This document shows positions 51,007 to 60,112 of a DNA stretch of 64,000 nucleotides, one piece after another. Numbering within the stretch: the first letter of the stretch is position 1; every line of letters begins with the position of its first letter. The notes under the pieces are model-generated. The model searched no databases, had not been told where the DNA came from, and saw only the letters and a program-made list of their open reading frames with translations. A program made the translations under genes and the position numbers. This stretch comes from Spirochaetales bacterium. GTDB lineage: Bacteria > Spirochaetota > Spirochaetia > JABEVK01. The DNA lies in assembly GCA_037142615.1 (NCBI GenBank), contig JBAXAI010000002.1, positions 32,001 through 96,000 of the forward strand. The letters run 5' to 3'.

Positions 51007-51773
51007 AGTTGAGGCTGGCGGCCTTTGGGCTCGCCCTGTTGTGGTACGCCAGCTCCGGAGCGCCGCTGGTCGGCCAAGCCAAGCTTACGGTGGCGGCCGC
51101 TTCAAACCTGGCGCCGATCACGGCGGCTCTGGCAGAGGCCTTCACCCGGCAGACGGGCGACACCGTCGAGTTCATTCTCGGTGCCTCGGGAACTCTCGCG
51201 ACCCAGTTGCGCTACGGTGCGCCGTTTGATGTGTTGCTTTCGGCCGACGTCGAAACGCCTCAGCGGTTGGCGACCGAAGGCCTCTCTACGGCGCCTCGGG
51301 TGTACGCGTTGGGCAAACTGCTCCTCTTTTCGTTGGAACCCCGGGACTTCTCGCAGGGGCTGAGTCTGCTGTTGAAGCCGACCGTGACCCAGGTAGCCCT
51401 GGCCAACCCGCAGTTGGCACCCTACGGTCGGGCCGCTGTCGAGGCTCTTTCCACGCAAGGGCTCTGGGCGGCGGTGCAGCCGAAAGTCGTCACGGCGCAG
51501 AACGTCACGCAGGCGCTCCAGTTCACCGTTTCGGGGACGGGTCTGGGTTTCATCGCCAAGTCGTCGCTTTTCACCCCCGACCTGGTGGCCTTTCGCCGAC
51601 AACAGGGGGTTCACTGGTTCGAGGTCGACCAGCGAGCGTACGCTCCTATCGAGCAGGCCTTCGTGGTGCGCAAGGCTTCGCTGGGCAAGGTCGGTGTCGT
51701 CGCCTTTGTGCAGTTTCTCGGCTCGCAATCCGCCCGTGCCATCTTTGAGGAGGCCGGCTATTCTGTACCCTGA
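51003..51773 (+). CDS. modA: Molybdate ABC transporter substrate-binding protein
   Basis: Signal peptide, VAAASNL, GASGTL, GAPFDVLLSAD, ANPQLAPYGRAA. Confidence 0.92.
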   Translation: MKLRLAAFGLALLWYASSGAPLVGQAKLTVAAASNLAPITAALAEAFTRQTGDTVEFILGASGTLATQLRYGAPFDVLLSADVETPQRLATEGLSTAPRVYALGKLLLFSLEPRDFSQGLSLLLKPTVTQVALANPQLAPYGRAAVEALSTQGLWAAVQPKVVTAQNVTQALQFTVSGTGLGFIAKSSLFTPDLVAFRRQQGVHWFEVDQRAYAPIEQAFVVRKASLGKVGVVAFVQFLGSQSARAIFEEAGYSVP

Positions 51774-52437
51774 CTGGGCTCCTCTGGTGTTGTCTTTGGA
51801 ACTCGGGCTGTGGGTGACTGCTCTTCTGGCCGTCATCGGCCTGCCCCTCGCGTGGTGGTTCGCCCGCTCGAGGCGCCGCTGGACGGTTTGGGTCGAAAGC
51901 CTGTTCTCCCTCACCCTGGTGCTGCCACCGACCGTCGTCGGGTTCTACCTTCTGGTGCTGTTCTCGCCCTTTTCGCCCGTCGGGAATTTCCTCGAGACCG
52001 TCTTCGGTTGGAAGCTGGTGTTCACGTTTTCCGGCTTGGTTGTCGCCTCGTGCGTGGCAGGGTTGCCGTTCATGCTCACGGCGTTGCGCACGGGGTTTGT
52101 CGCCCTTCCCGAGTCGCTGCTCGAGGCCTCGTGGACGCTGGGCAAGGGTCGTTTGTCGACCTACTTTCTGGTGGTGTTGCCCAACCTCAAGTCGGCGCTG
52201 CTTGCCGGTGCCGTGACTACGTTTGCCCACACCTTGGGCGAGTTTGGCGTGGTGCTGATGCTCGGCGGTAGCATCCCGGGGGTCACCAAAGTGGTCTCGA
52301 TCGCGCTCTACGAGCAAGTCGAGGCGGGGAACTTCGCCCAGGCGCACGTCTACGCTGTCGTTTTGCTGGTGCTCAGCTACGCGGGAATCTTCCTTCTGAA
52401 CTCACTTGAGCGGCGTTCGCGGACGGTGCGGCGATGA
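51760..52437 (+). CDS. modB: Molybdate ABC transporter permease
   Basis: LVLPPTVVGFYLL, FAHTLGEFGVVLMLGGSIPGVT. Start uncertain (ATT 51760 or CTG 51763 behind GAGGAGG). Confidence 0.9.
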   Translation: MLYPDWAPLVLSLELGLWVTALLAVIGLPLAWWFARSRRRWTVWVESLFSLTLVLPPTVVGFYLLVLFSPFSPVGNFLETVFGWKLVFTFSGLVVASCVAGLPFMLTALRTGFVALPESLLEASWTLGKGRLSTYFLVVLPNLKSALLAGAVTTFAHTLGEFGVVLMLGGSIPGVTKVVSIALYEQVEAGNFAQAHVYAVVLLVLSYAGIFLLNSLERRSRTVRR

Positions 52438-53084
52438 CCCATTTCTACCTGCGAAAGGGCCGGGCCAATCTCGATCCGGGGTTCACGCTCGAGGTCGAGT
52501 TCGCCCTGCTGGCGGGTTCTTTCACCGGGGTGGTGGGGCCCTCGGGCAGCGGCAAGTCGACCCTGCTGCGGTGCCTAGCCGGTTTGGAGACCCCCGACGA
52601 CGGGTTCGTCGAGGTGCAGGGCCAGCGGTGGTACCACGCCCAGCAGCGGTTGAGTCTGCCGCCCCAGCATCGCTCGGTCGGTTTCGTGTTTCAGGATTAT
52701 GCGCTGTTCCCCCACCTGACGGCTCTCGGAAACGTGCAGTTTGCCCAGAAGGACCGCGCCAAGGCGCTGGCTTGGCTTGACCTCGTGGGACTTTCCAACC
52801 TGGCGGACCGGTTTCCCCACCAGCTCTCGGGGGGCCAGAAGCAAAGGGTGGCTTTGGTGCGTGCCTTGGCCCGCGAGCCCAAACTCTGGCTGCTCGACGA
52901 GCCCTTGAGCGCCCTCGACGAGGACCTTCGTGCCGAACTGGGCGACCAAATCCTCTTGCTGCAAAAACAGACCGGTGTCACGGCGTTGCTGGTGAGCCAC
53001 TCGCTTGCCGAAGTCAGCCGCCTGTGCACCGAAGTGCTCGAACTCCGCGCCGGACACCTCGTTGCCGACCGCTACCCGGTCTAG
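52434..53084 (+). CDS. modC: Molybdate ABC transporter ATP-binding protein (no TOBE tail)
   Basis: GPSGSGKSTLL, LPPQHRSVGFVFQDYALFPHL, LSGGQKQR, LLDEPLSALD. Confidence 0.9.
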   Translation: MTHFYLRKGRANLDPGFTLEVEFALLAGSFTGVVGPSGSGKSTLLRCLAGLETPDDGFVEVQGQRWYHAQQRLSLPPQHRSVGFVFQDYALFPHLTALGNVQFAQKDRAKALAWLDLVGLSNLADRFPHQLSGGQKQRVALVRALAREPKLWLLDEPLSALDEDLRAELGDQILLLQKQTGVTALLVSHSLAEVSRLCTEVLELRAGHLVADRYPV

Positions 53085-53096
53085 CCGGCCTTCTGG

Positions 53097-53306
53097 TTAA
53101 TCCACCCCGACCAGGACGTTGCTGGCTTTGATGATGGCGTAGGCGGTGGCGCCCACCTGGAGGCCCAACGATTCGACCGAGCTTTTGGTGATAACCGAGG
53201 TGATCACCGCTCCACCTGGCAACTCGATCTCGACCTCGGAGTTCACGGCACCCGAGGTGATCGACTTCACAGTTCCCTTCAACTGGTTCTTTGCGCTGAT
53301 TTTCAT
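53097..53306 (-). CDS. mop: Molybdenum-binding Mop/TOBE (molbindin) protein
   Basis: MKISAKNQLKGTV...SVITKSSVESLGL...IKASNV; last gene behind narI. Confidence 0.9.
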   Translation of the reverse strand: MKISAKNQLKGTVKSITSGAVNSEVEIELPGGAVITSVITKSSVESLGLQVGATAYAIIKASNVLVGVD

Positions 53307-53325
53307 GGCCCGAGTTTACTTCGGT

Positions 53326-54021
53326 TTAGCGGCGCCGCACCAGCTGCAGGGCTCGCCCCAGGTAGCTCACCACCGACCCGAAGCCGCTGAAGATGTGAAC
53401 CAGCCGCGTGTAGGGGAAGATCAGGAAGAACGTGAAGGTCATGAACATGTGCGCGCGGTACACCCACGGCGTGTCGAGAATGTAGCTCAGAGCGTCGGGT
53501 TGGAAGGTCAGGATGCCCTGCACGTAGTGCATGAACTTGACGATGAGCTCTCCGTCCCGGTGCGCCTCCGACGACGAAATCGTGATGCTGTAGAGACCAA
53601 GACACAGGATTCCAAAGAGCCAGAACAGCAAAACGATGTCCATGACGTTACTGGTCCTGCGCACGCGCGCGTTCAGCAGGCGGCGCAGAATCAGGATGGT
53701 GACGCCGAGGATGGCCGAGGTTCCCGCTACCAGCCCCAGGCTCCAAGCGAGGAACTGCTTGAGAGGCGGCGTGATGCCGATCGCATGCAACAGCGGTAGC
53801 GGCGTCAGAAAGCCGACAAAGTGGCCGGCAAACAGGAACAGCACGCCCACGTGGAACAGATTATTGCCCCATTGCAGCCAGCCGTGCGCCAGCAGTTGTG
53901 AACTGTCGCTCTTCCAGCCCAATTGGGACCGGTTGTAGCGGAAGATGCTCCCAAAAATGAACGACAGCACGGTCACATAGGGGTAGAGGACAAACAGCAG
54001 GTATTGGAAGAAGTCGTCCAT
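53326..54021 (-). CDS. narI: Respiratory nitrate reductase gamma subunit (cytochrome b)
   Basis: YPY, WKSDSSQLL, LFHVG...GHFVG, FPYTRLVHIFS. Start ATG 54021. Confidence 0.95.
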   Translation of the reverse strand: MDDFFQYLLFVLYPYVTVLSFIFGSIFRYNRSQLGWKSDSSQLLAHGWLQWGNNLFHVGVLFLFAGHFVGFLTPLPLLHAIGITPPLKQFLAWSLGLVAGTSAILGVTILILRRLLNARVRRTSNVMDIVLLFWLFGILCLGLYSITISSSEAHRDGELIVKFMHYVQGILTFQPDALSYILDTPWVYRAHMFMTFTFFLIFPYTRLVHIFSGFGSVVSYLGRALQLVRRR

Positions 54022-54635
54022 CAGCAAACTCCTTGAACGGGGTGACCAAACGCCGGTTCTTCGGCCCATTCGGTATCGAGGTCGCTTTCGGGGCGCACGG
54101 CCGGAAGCTTGTCCTCCAGCGTCGGATGAGCATAGATCTGCACCACGGGAAACACGGCGGCCCACGGGCTGTCCTTCTTGGCCAAGCGCTCACCGATGGC
54201 CTGCAGAATGGGCTGGCAGTCGCCCAGAAACTCGCCGGCCACCGACGGCTCCACAACACTGCAAAACTCCAGGAAGGCCGGGATGAAGTCGGGCAACTCT
54301 TCGGGCACCAGGTTGAGGCCGGCCTGCTCATAGTGGGTTTTGAGGTCGACCATGGCCTGCCCCCGGTCCTTGGACTCCCCGTGGACGTGCTCAAACAGGT
54401 GCAAACTCGTCGAACGTCCGGTGTCAAACTGGGACACGTAGGCCTCTTCGAGCTCGAACGGGTCGGTGGCCTGGAGGTAGTCCAGCAGTGACCTCAGGCG
54501 CGGCTTGAGCACCGAAGGAATCTCGGGATCGTTTTCGAGCGCCTGGCGCAGCTCCGGCACCGCCGCCACCAGCGTTGGGTCCGGGTAGGTCAGAAGCGCC
54601 CCTAGGGCTTTAAGTGAGATGTTGACCACGGTCAT
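54021..54635 (-). CDS. narJ: Nitrate reductase Moco-assembly chaperone
   Basis: LLTYP, YVSQFD, SLHLFEHVHGESKDRGQAMVDL, ELPDFIP. Start ATG 54635. Confidence 0.95.
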   Translation of the reverse strand: MTVVNISLKALGALLTYPDPTLVAAVPELRQALENDPEIPSVLKPRLRSLLDYLQATDPFELEEAYVSQFDTGRSTSLHLFEHVHGESKDRGQAMVDLKTHYEQAGLNLVPEELPDFIPAFLEFCSVVEPSVAGEFLGDCQPILQAIGERLAKKDSPWAAVFPVVQIYAHPTLEDKLPAVRPESDLDTEWAEEPAFGHPVQGVC

Positions 54636-56203
54636 TCGGGCTTCCCTCCCTGTTTCATCGGGGCACGCGGCGGGGGGATGCGCATCGGATCGGGTACCAC
54701 CGTGGAGCGACTGCCGAACAGGTTGGCCCGCTTGGGAATGCCGGTGGTGGGGGTACAGCCTTCGCCGTCGCTGAAACCGCAGCCGCCCTTGAGGTCGTAG
54801 GCGTTTTCGGCGTATTCGCGGTGGGTGGTGGGGATGACAAACCGGTCCTCGTAGTTGGCCAGCGCCAGGATCCGGTACATCTCGCCGGCCTGGGCCTCGG
54901 TCAGCCCCGCCGCTTCGAGAACCTTGGGCACGTTCTGCTTGTTGACGCTCTTGAGGCGCATCCATGCCCGCATCGAAAGCAGGCGTTCGAGCGCCAGCTT
55001 GATGGGAGCCTCATCGCCGGCCGTGAGCAGGTTGGCCAAGTACTGCAAGGGAATGCGCAGCTGGCTCACGTCGGGAATCGCGCCGTTCATGCCGATGTCG
55101 CCGGCCTGGGCTGCCCCCTGAATGGGCGACAGCGGCGGCACGTACCAAACCATGGGCAAGGTGCGGTACTCGGGGTGCAGCGGGAAGGCGATCTTCCACT
55201 CCATGGCCATTTTGTACACCGGTGAGTTCTGGGCCGAGTCGATCCAGTTCTGGGCGATTCCGTCGGCCAAGGCCTGGGCCTGCACCTTGGGGTCGTGTGG
55301 GTCCAGGAAAATATCGAGCTGGCTCTGATACAGGTCGGTCTCTTTTTCAACGCTGGCGGCTTCCTGAATCTTGTCGGCGTCGTAGAGCAAAACCCCGAGG
55401 TAGCGGATGCGTCCCACGCAGGTTTCACTGCAAACGGTGGGCAGGCCGCTTTCGATGCGCGGGTAGCAGAACAGGCACTTCTCGGCTTTGCCCAGAGCCC
55501 AGTTGTAGTAGATCTTCTTGTACGGGCAGGCCGTGACGCACATGCGCCAGCCACGGCACTTGTCCTGGTCGATGAGCACGATGCCGTCTTCTTCGCGCTT
55601 GTAGATCGAGCCCGAGGGGCAGGCGGCCACGCAGGCGGGGTTGAGGCAGTGTTCGCACAACCGTGGCAGGTACATCATGAAAGTCTGTTCAAACTGGCCG
55701 TAGATGTCTTTCTGAACCTTGTCGAAGTTCTGGTCCTGGCTGCGCTTGGAAAACTCGCCGCCCAGGATTTCTTCCCAGTTGGGGCCGCCGACGATCTTTT
55801 CCATGCGCTCGCCGGTGAGGGCGCTCACGGGGCGTGCGGTCGGTGGATGTTGCATTTCGGGGGCACTTTGCAGGTGAGCGTAGTCAAAGTCAAAGGGCTC
55901 GTAGTAGTCGTCGATTTGCGGCAAGTGCGGGTTGGCAAAGATCTTCGACAACAGCAGAGGTCTGTCCCCCATGCGCGGCACGAGCTTGCCCTTGCGGTTT
56001 TTCATCCAGCCGCCCTTCCACTTTTCCTGGTTTTCCCAGTCCTTGGGGTAGCCGATGCCGGGTTTGGTCTCGACGTTGTTGAACCAGGCGTATTCCATCC
56101 CGGGGCGGTTGGTCCACACCTGCTTGCAGGTCACCGAGCAGGTATGGCAACCGATGCACTTGTCCAGGTTGAGGACCATGCCGATTTGTGCGCGGATCTT
56201 CAT
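54632..56203 (-). CDS. narH: Respiratory nitrate reductase beta subunit (Fe-S)
   Basis: MKIRAQIGMVLNLDKCIGCHTCSVTCK, CEHCLNPAC, CRGWRMC, HPEYRTLPMVWYVPPLSP. Confidence 0.97.
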   Translation of the reverse strand: MKIRAQIGMVLNLDKCIGCHTCSVTCKQVWTNRPGMEYAWFNNVETKPGIGYPKDWENQEKWKGGWMKNRKGKLVPRMGDRPLLLSKIFANPHLPQIDDYYEPFDFDYAHLQSAPEMQHPPTARPVSALTGERMEKIVGGPNWEEILGGEFSKRSQDQNFDKVQKDIYGQFEQTFMMYLPRLCEHCLNPACVAACPSGSIYKREEDGIVLIDQDKCRGWRMCVTACPYKKIYYNWALGKAEKCLFCYPRIESGLPTVCSETCVGRIRYLGVLLYDADKIQEAASVEKETDLYQSQLDIFLDPHDPKVQAQALADGIAQNWIDSAQNSPVYKMAMEWKIAFPLHPEYRTLPMVWYVPPLSPIQGAAQAGDIGMNGAIPDVSQLRIPLQYLANLLTAGDEAPIKLALERLLSMRAWMRLKSVNKQNVPKVLEAAGLTEAQAGEMYRILALANYEDRFVIPTTHREYAENAYDLKGGCGFSDGEGCTPTTGIPKRANLFGSRSTVVPDPMRIPPPRAPMKQGGKPE

Positions 56204-59200
56204 ACTTGGGCTCCTTTTTTGGCCGGGGCAGTGCCCCGGGCTAGGGGCTCGTCCATCCAGTCCACCTTGTCCATTTTGCGCACCAAGACGAACTCGTCGC
56301 GGTTGGTGCCGATGGTTCCGTAGTAGTTGAACCCATAGCTCTGTTGGGCGTAGCCACCGATCATGTGGGTGGGTTTGAGCACAATGCGCGTGACGCTGTT
56401 GTGAATGCCGCCGCGGGTGCCGGTGATGGCGTTTCCGGGCGTGTTCACGATCTTTTCCTGAGCGTGGTACATCATGCACATGCCCTCGTTGACCCGCTGG
56501 CTCACCACCGCCCGGGCACTGATGGCCCCGTTGACGTTGAACAGTTCGATCCAGTCGTTGTCGACGATGCCGGCCTTCCGGGCGTCGGTCTCGCTGATCC
56601 ACACGCAGGGCCCGCCGCGGCTGAGGGTCAGCATCAGCAGGTTGTCGGTGTAGGTGGAGTGGATGCCCCACTTCTGGTGCGGCGTGATGAAGTTCAAGGC
56701 GATCTCTTTGTGGCCGTTGGGTTTAGCCCCCAACATTTGGGCCACCGTCTTGAGGTCAACCGGCGGACGGTAGGCGCACAGGCCCTCGCCAAAATCGAGC
56801 ATCCACGGGTGGTCCTGGTAGAACTGCTGGCGGCCTGTGAGCGTTCGCCACGGAATCAGTTCGTGCACGTTGGTGTAGCCGGCGTTGTAGCTCACGTGCT
56901 CGCTCTCGATGCCGCTCCACGTGGGGCTGCTGATAATCTTTCGCGGTTGGGCCACCAGGTCGCGGAAGCGGAGCTTCTCGTCCTGCTTGGCGCGTGCCAG
57001 GTGCGCGTGTTCGCGGCCGGTGAGCTTGCTCAGGGCTTCCCAAGCCTTGACCGCCACCTCACCGTTGGTTTCGGGCGCCAGGCTCAGAATCACTTCCGAG
57101 GCGTCGATGTCGGTCTCGATGCGCGGGCGGCCCTTGGACACGCCTTCGTCGGTGACCAGGCGGTTGAGCTCACCCAGAAAGTGGACTTCGTCTTCTGTGT
57201 TCCAGCCGATTCCCTTGCCGCCGTTGCCCAGCTTTTCCAGCAGGGGCCCGACCGAGGTGAACTTCTTGTACACGTTGGGGTAGTCACGTTCTACCACCGT
57301 GATGCTCGGAGCGGTCTTGCCGGGGATCAGCTCGACTTCGCCCTTCTTCCAGTCCTTGACCCCCAACGCTTGCGCCAGTTCGGCAGGCGTGTCGTGCATC
57401 AGCGGGTTCATCACGACGTCTTTTTCCACGCCAAGGTGGCCGGGAGCCATGGCGCTGAAGGCCTTGGCGATGCCTTTGTAGATGTCCCAGTCGGAGCGGC
57501 TTTCCCAGTTCGGGTCGACCGCGGCGGTGAGCGGGTGGATGAAGGGGTGCATGTCGCTGGTGTTGAGGTCGTTCTTTTCGTACCAGGTGGCCGTGGGAAG
57601 CACGATGTCGCTGTAAAGGCAGGTGGTGCTCATGCGGAAGTCGAGGGTGACCAGCAGGTCGAGTTTGCCTTGGGGGGCCTCGGCGTGCCATTTGACTTCG
57701 TGTGGGTGTAGCCCTTCCGAGCCCAAATCCTTGCCCTGCACGCCGTTTTTCGTGCCCAGCAGGTGCTTGAGGAAGTACTCGTGGCCCTTGCCCGAGGAAC
57801 CGAGCAGGTTGGAGCGCCACACGAACAGCACGCGGGGGAAGTTGGCCGGGTCGTCCGGGTCTTCGCAGCTGAGTTGCAGCGAACCGTCCTTGAGACCGTT
57901 CACCACGTAGTCCTTGGGCTCAATACCGGCTTTGGCAGCAGCCTTGGCTACTTCGAGCGGGTTGGTCTTGAGCTGAGGTGCGGACGGCAACCAGCCCATG
58001 CGCTCGGACTTCACGTTGTAGTCGATGAAGCTCTGTTCCTTGCCGGAACCAGCGGCCACCAGCGGCGAGCGGATTTCCTCGACGCCCAGCTTTTCGTAAC
58101 GCCACTGGTCGGTGTGGGCGTAGAAGAAGCTGGTGGAGTTCTGCTGGCGGGGAGGGCGGCTCCAGTCGGTGGCAAAGGCCAAGGGCAACCAGCCCGTCTG
58201 CGGACGGAGTTTTTCTTGCCCCACGTAATGCGCCCAACCACCGCCGGACTGCCCCACGCAACCGCAGAGCATCAGCAGGTTCATGATGCCGCGGTAGTTC
58301 ATATCGCTGTGGTACCAGTGGTTCATGGCCGCGCCGATGATCACCATCGACTTGCCGTGGGTGTCGTGGGCATTCTGGGCAAACTCACGGGCCAGTGTGA
58401 GGGCCTGGTGTGCGGGTACCCCGGTGATTTTTTCCTGCCAGGCCGGGGTATAGGGCACATCGTCCTCGTAGTTCTTGGCCACCGAACCACCCAGGCCGCG
58501 GTCGACGCCGTAGTGGGCCGTCATCAGGTCGAACACGGTGGCGACCTTGGTTTCGCCCTCGAGGGTCTTCAGGGTCTTGACGGGAATGTTGCGTACCAAC
58601 ACGTCGCCGCCCTGGTCGTTGGCGGTAAAGGCGTCGGGGGCTGTTCCAGCAAAATAGGGGAAGGCCGCCGGGACCACCTCATCGCGACGGGTGAGCAAGC
58701 TGAGCGCCAAGGTTACCTCGCTGCCAGTCTTGCCGTCTTTTTGTTCCAGGTTCCACTTGCCGGCGTCCTCGCCGGGTTTCTGGTTCCAACGGAAGCCGAT
58801 CGAACCGTTGGGTACGGTCAAAGTGTCCCCGGTTTCGTCCCACGCCACGGTCTTCCAGTCGGGGTTGTTGGCCTGCCCCAGTCCGGCGTCAAAATCACTG
58901 GCGCGCAGGTAGCGGTCGGGCACCCAGGCCTTGCGCCCCCGGTCGAAGCGGAGTTTGACCAGCAGGGGCAAGTCGGTGGTCTTGCGGGCGTAATCGGTGA
59001 AGTAGTCCGAAGGTTCTTCGACGAAGAACTCCTTGAGCACAACGTGGCCCAAGGCCATGGCAAGCGCGGCGTCGGTGCCCTGTTGGGGATGAAGCCACAC
59101 GTCGGCCAGCTTGGCCACTTCGGAATAGTCGGGGGTGATGGCCACCGCCTTGGCGCCCTTGTAGCGCACTTCGGTGAAAAAGTGGGCATCCGGCGTGCGG

Positions 59201-59979
59201 GTTTGAGGCACGTTGCTTCCCCACGCAATGATATAGGTGGAGTTGTACCAGTCGGCGCTCTCGGGCACGTCGGTCTGCTCGCCCCACACCTGCGGGCTCG
59301 CGGGGGGCAGGTCGCAGTACCAGTCGTAAAAGCTCATGCACACGCCGCCAATCAGGCTCAGGTAGCGGCTGCCGGCAGCGTAGCTCACCATGCTCATGGC
59401 GGGAATCGGGCTGAAGCCAATGATGCGGTCGGGGCCGTAGTTCTGGATGGTGCCGATGTTGCTGGCAGCGATGATCTCGTTCACTTCGGCCCAGGTGGAG
59501 CGCACGAAGCCACCCAACCCGCGGCGTTGCTGGTAATCACTGCGGCGTGAGGAATCGGCCTGCAGGGCCTTCCAGGCGGCCACCGGTTCCATCGTGGCGC
59601 GAAGTTCTCGCCAGTGTTTGAGCAGGCGGCCGCGCACCAGCGGGTGCTTGAGCCGGTTGGCGCTGTACATGTACCAGCTGTAGCTCGCTCCCCGGGCGCA
59701 ACCGCGGGGTTCGTGGTTGGGCAAATCCGGGCGGGTACGGGGGTAGTCGGTCTGTTGGGTTTCCCAGGTGACGATGCCGCCCTTGACGTAGATCTTCCAG
59801 CTGCAACTGCCGGTGCAGTTCACCCCGTGGGTGGAGCGGACGATTTTGTCGTGCTGCCAGCGACTGCGGTAGCGTTCTTCCCACGTGCGGTCTTCCTGCA
59901 CGACGTTGCCGTGCTTGCCCGAGAAGGCCTCTTTCGGTTTGAGGAAAAAGCTCAGGCGATCGAGAAACGGTTGCGACAT
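56200..59979 (-). CDS. narG: Respiratory nitrate reductase alpha subunit (cytoplasm-facing, no Tat signal)
   Basis: RSTHGVNCTGSCSW, HEPRGCARG, DWYCDLPPASPQ, TPHQKWGIHST. Start ATG 59979. Confidence 0.97.
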   Translation of the reverse strand: MSQPFLDRLSFFLKPKEAFSGKHGNVVQEDRTWEERYRSRWQHDKIVRSTHGVNCTGSCSWKIYVKGGIVTWETQQTDYPRTRPDLPNHEPRGCARGASYSWYMYSANRLKHPLVRGRLLKHWRELRATMEPVAAWKALQADSSRRSDYQQRRGLGGFVRSTWAEVNEIIAASNIGTIQNYGPDRIIGFSPIPAMSMVSYAAGSRYLSLIGGVCMSFYDWYCDLPPASPQVWGEQTDVPESADWYNSTYIIAWGSNVPQTRTPDAHFFTEVRYKGAKAVAITPDYSEVAKLADVWLHPQQGTDAALAMALGHVVLKEFFVEEPSDYFTDYARKTTDLPLLVKLRFDRGRKAWVPDRYLRASDFDAGLGQANNPDWKTVAWDETGDTLTVPNGSIGFRWNQKPGEDAGKWNLEQKDGKTGSEVTLALSLLTRRDEVVPAAFPYFAGTAPDAFTANDQGGDVLVRNIPVKTLKTLEGETKVATVFDLMTAHYGVDRGLGGSVAKNYEDDVPYTPAWQEKITGVPAHQALTLAREFAQNAHDTHGKSMVIIGAAMNHWYHSDMNYRGIMNLLMLCGCVGQSGGGWAHYVGQEKLRPQTGWLPLAFATDWSRPPRQQNSTSFFYAHTDQWRYEKLGVEEIRSPLVAAGSGKEQSFIDYNVKSERMGWLPSAPQLKTNPLEVAKAAAKAGIEPKDYVVNGLKDGSLQLSCEDPDDPANFPRVLFVWRSNLLGSSGKGHEYFLKHLLGTKNGVQGKDLGSEGLHPHEVKWHAEAPQGKLDLLVTLDFRMSTTCLYSDIVLPTATWYEKNDLNTSDMHPFIHPLTAAVDPNWESRSDWDIYKGIAKAFSAMAPGHLGVEKDVVMNPLMHDTPAELAQALGVKDWKKGEVELIPGKTAPSITVVERDYPNVYKKFTSVGPLLEKLGNGGKGIGWNTEDEVHFLGELNRLVTDEGVSKGRPRIETDIDASEVILSLAPETNGEVAVKAWEALSKLTGREHAHLARAKQDEKLRFRDLVAQPRKIISSPTWSGIESEHVSYNAGYTNVHELIPWRTLTGRQQFYQDHPWMLDFGEGLCAYRPPVDLKTVAQMLGAKPNGHKEIALNFITPHQKWGIHSTYTDNLLMLTLSRGGPCVWISETDARKAGIVDNDWIELFNVNGAISARAVVSQRVNEGMCMMYHAQEKIVNTPGNAITGTRGGIHNSVTRIVLKPTHMIGGYAQQSYGFNYYGTIGTNRDEFVLVRKMDKVDWMDEPLARGTAPAKKGAQV

Positions 59980-60033
59980 CGGCAAGCCCCCTTAATGCAC
60001 ATGAACTGAGTTTGGGGGGTGCGAGGCCGGACT

Positions 60034-60053
60034 TAATTGCGACAGGTCAATTA
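60034..60053. promoter_or_regulatory. Crp/Fnr-type box upstream of narG (TAATTG-N8-CAATTA)
   Basis: TAATTGCGACAGGTCAATTA, palindromic arms, ~55 bp upstream of narG. Confidence 0.75.
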
Positions 60054-60112
60054 GGGACCAGGAATGTTGGGCGAGGTTAGGCAACCCGAAGTTAAGCGGG
60101 GCCAGGGCCGTG

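Noticed and set aside
56344-59550. Long + strand ORFs (455 and 595 aa) opposite narG, and similar ones at 2928-3971, 19180-20262, 31304-32329, 39292-40431, 41784-43160, 43257-44525, 44854-46665 and 60110-61450
   Set aside because: Antisense shadows of well-supported genes in high-GC DNA, with no recognisable motifs.
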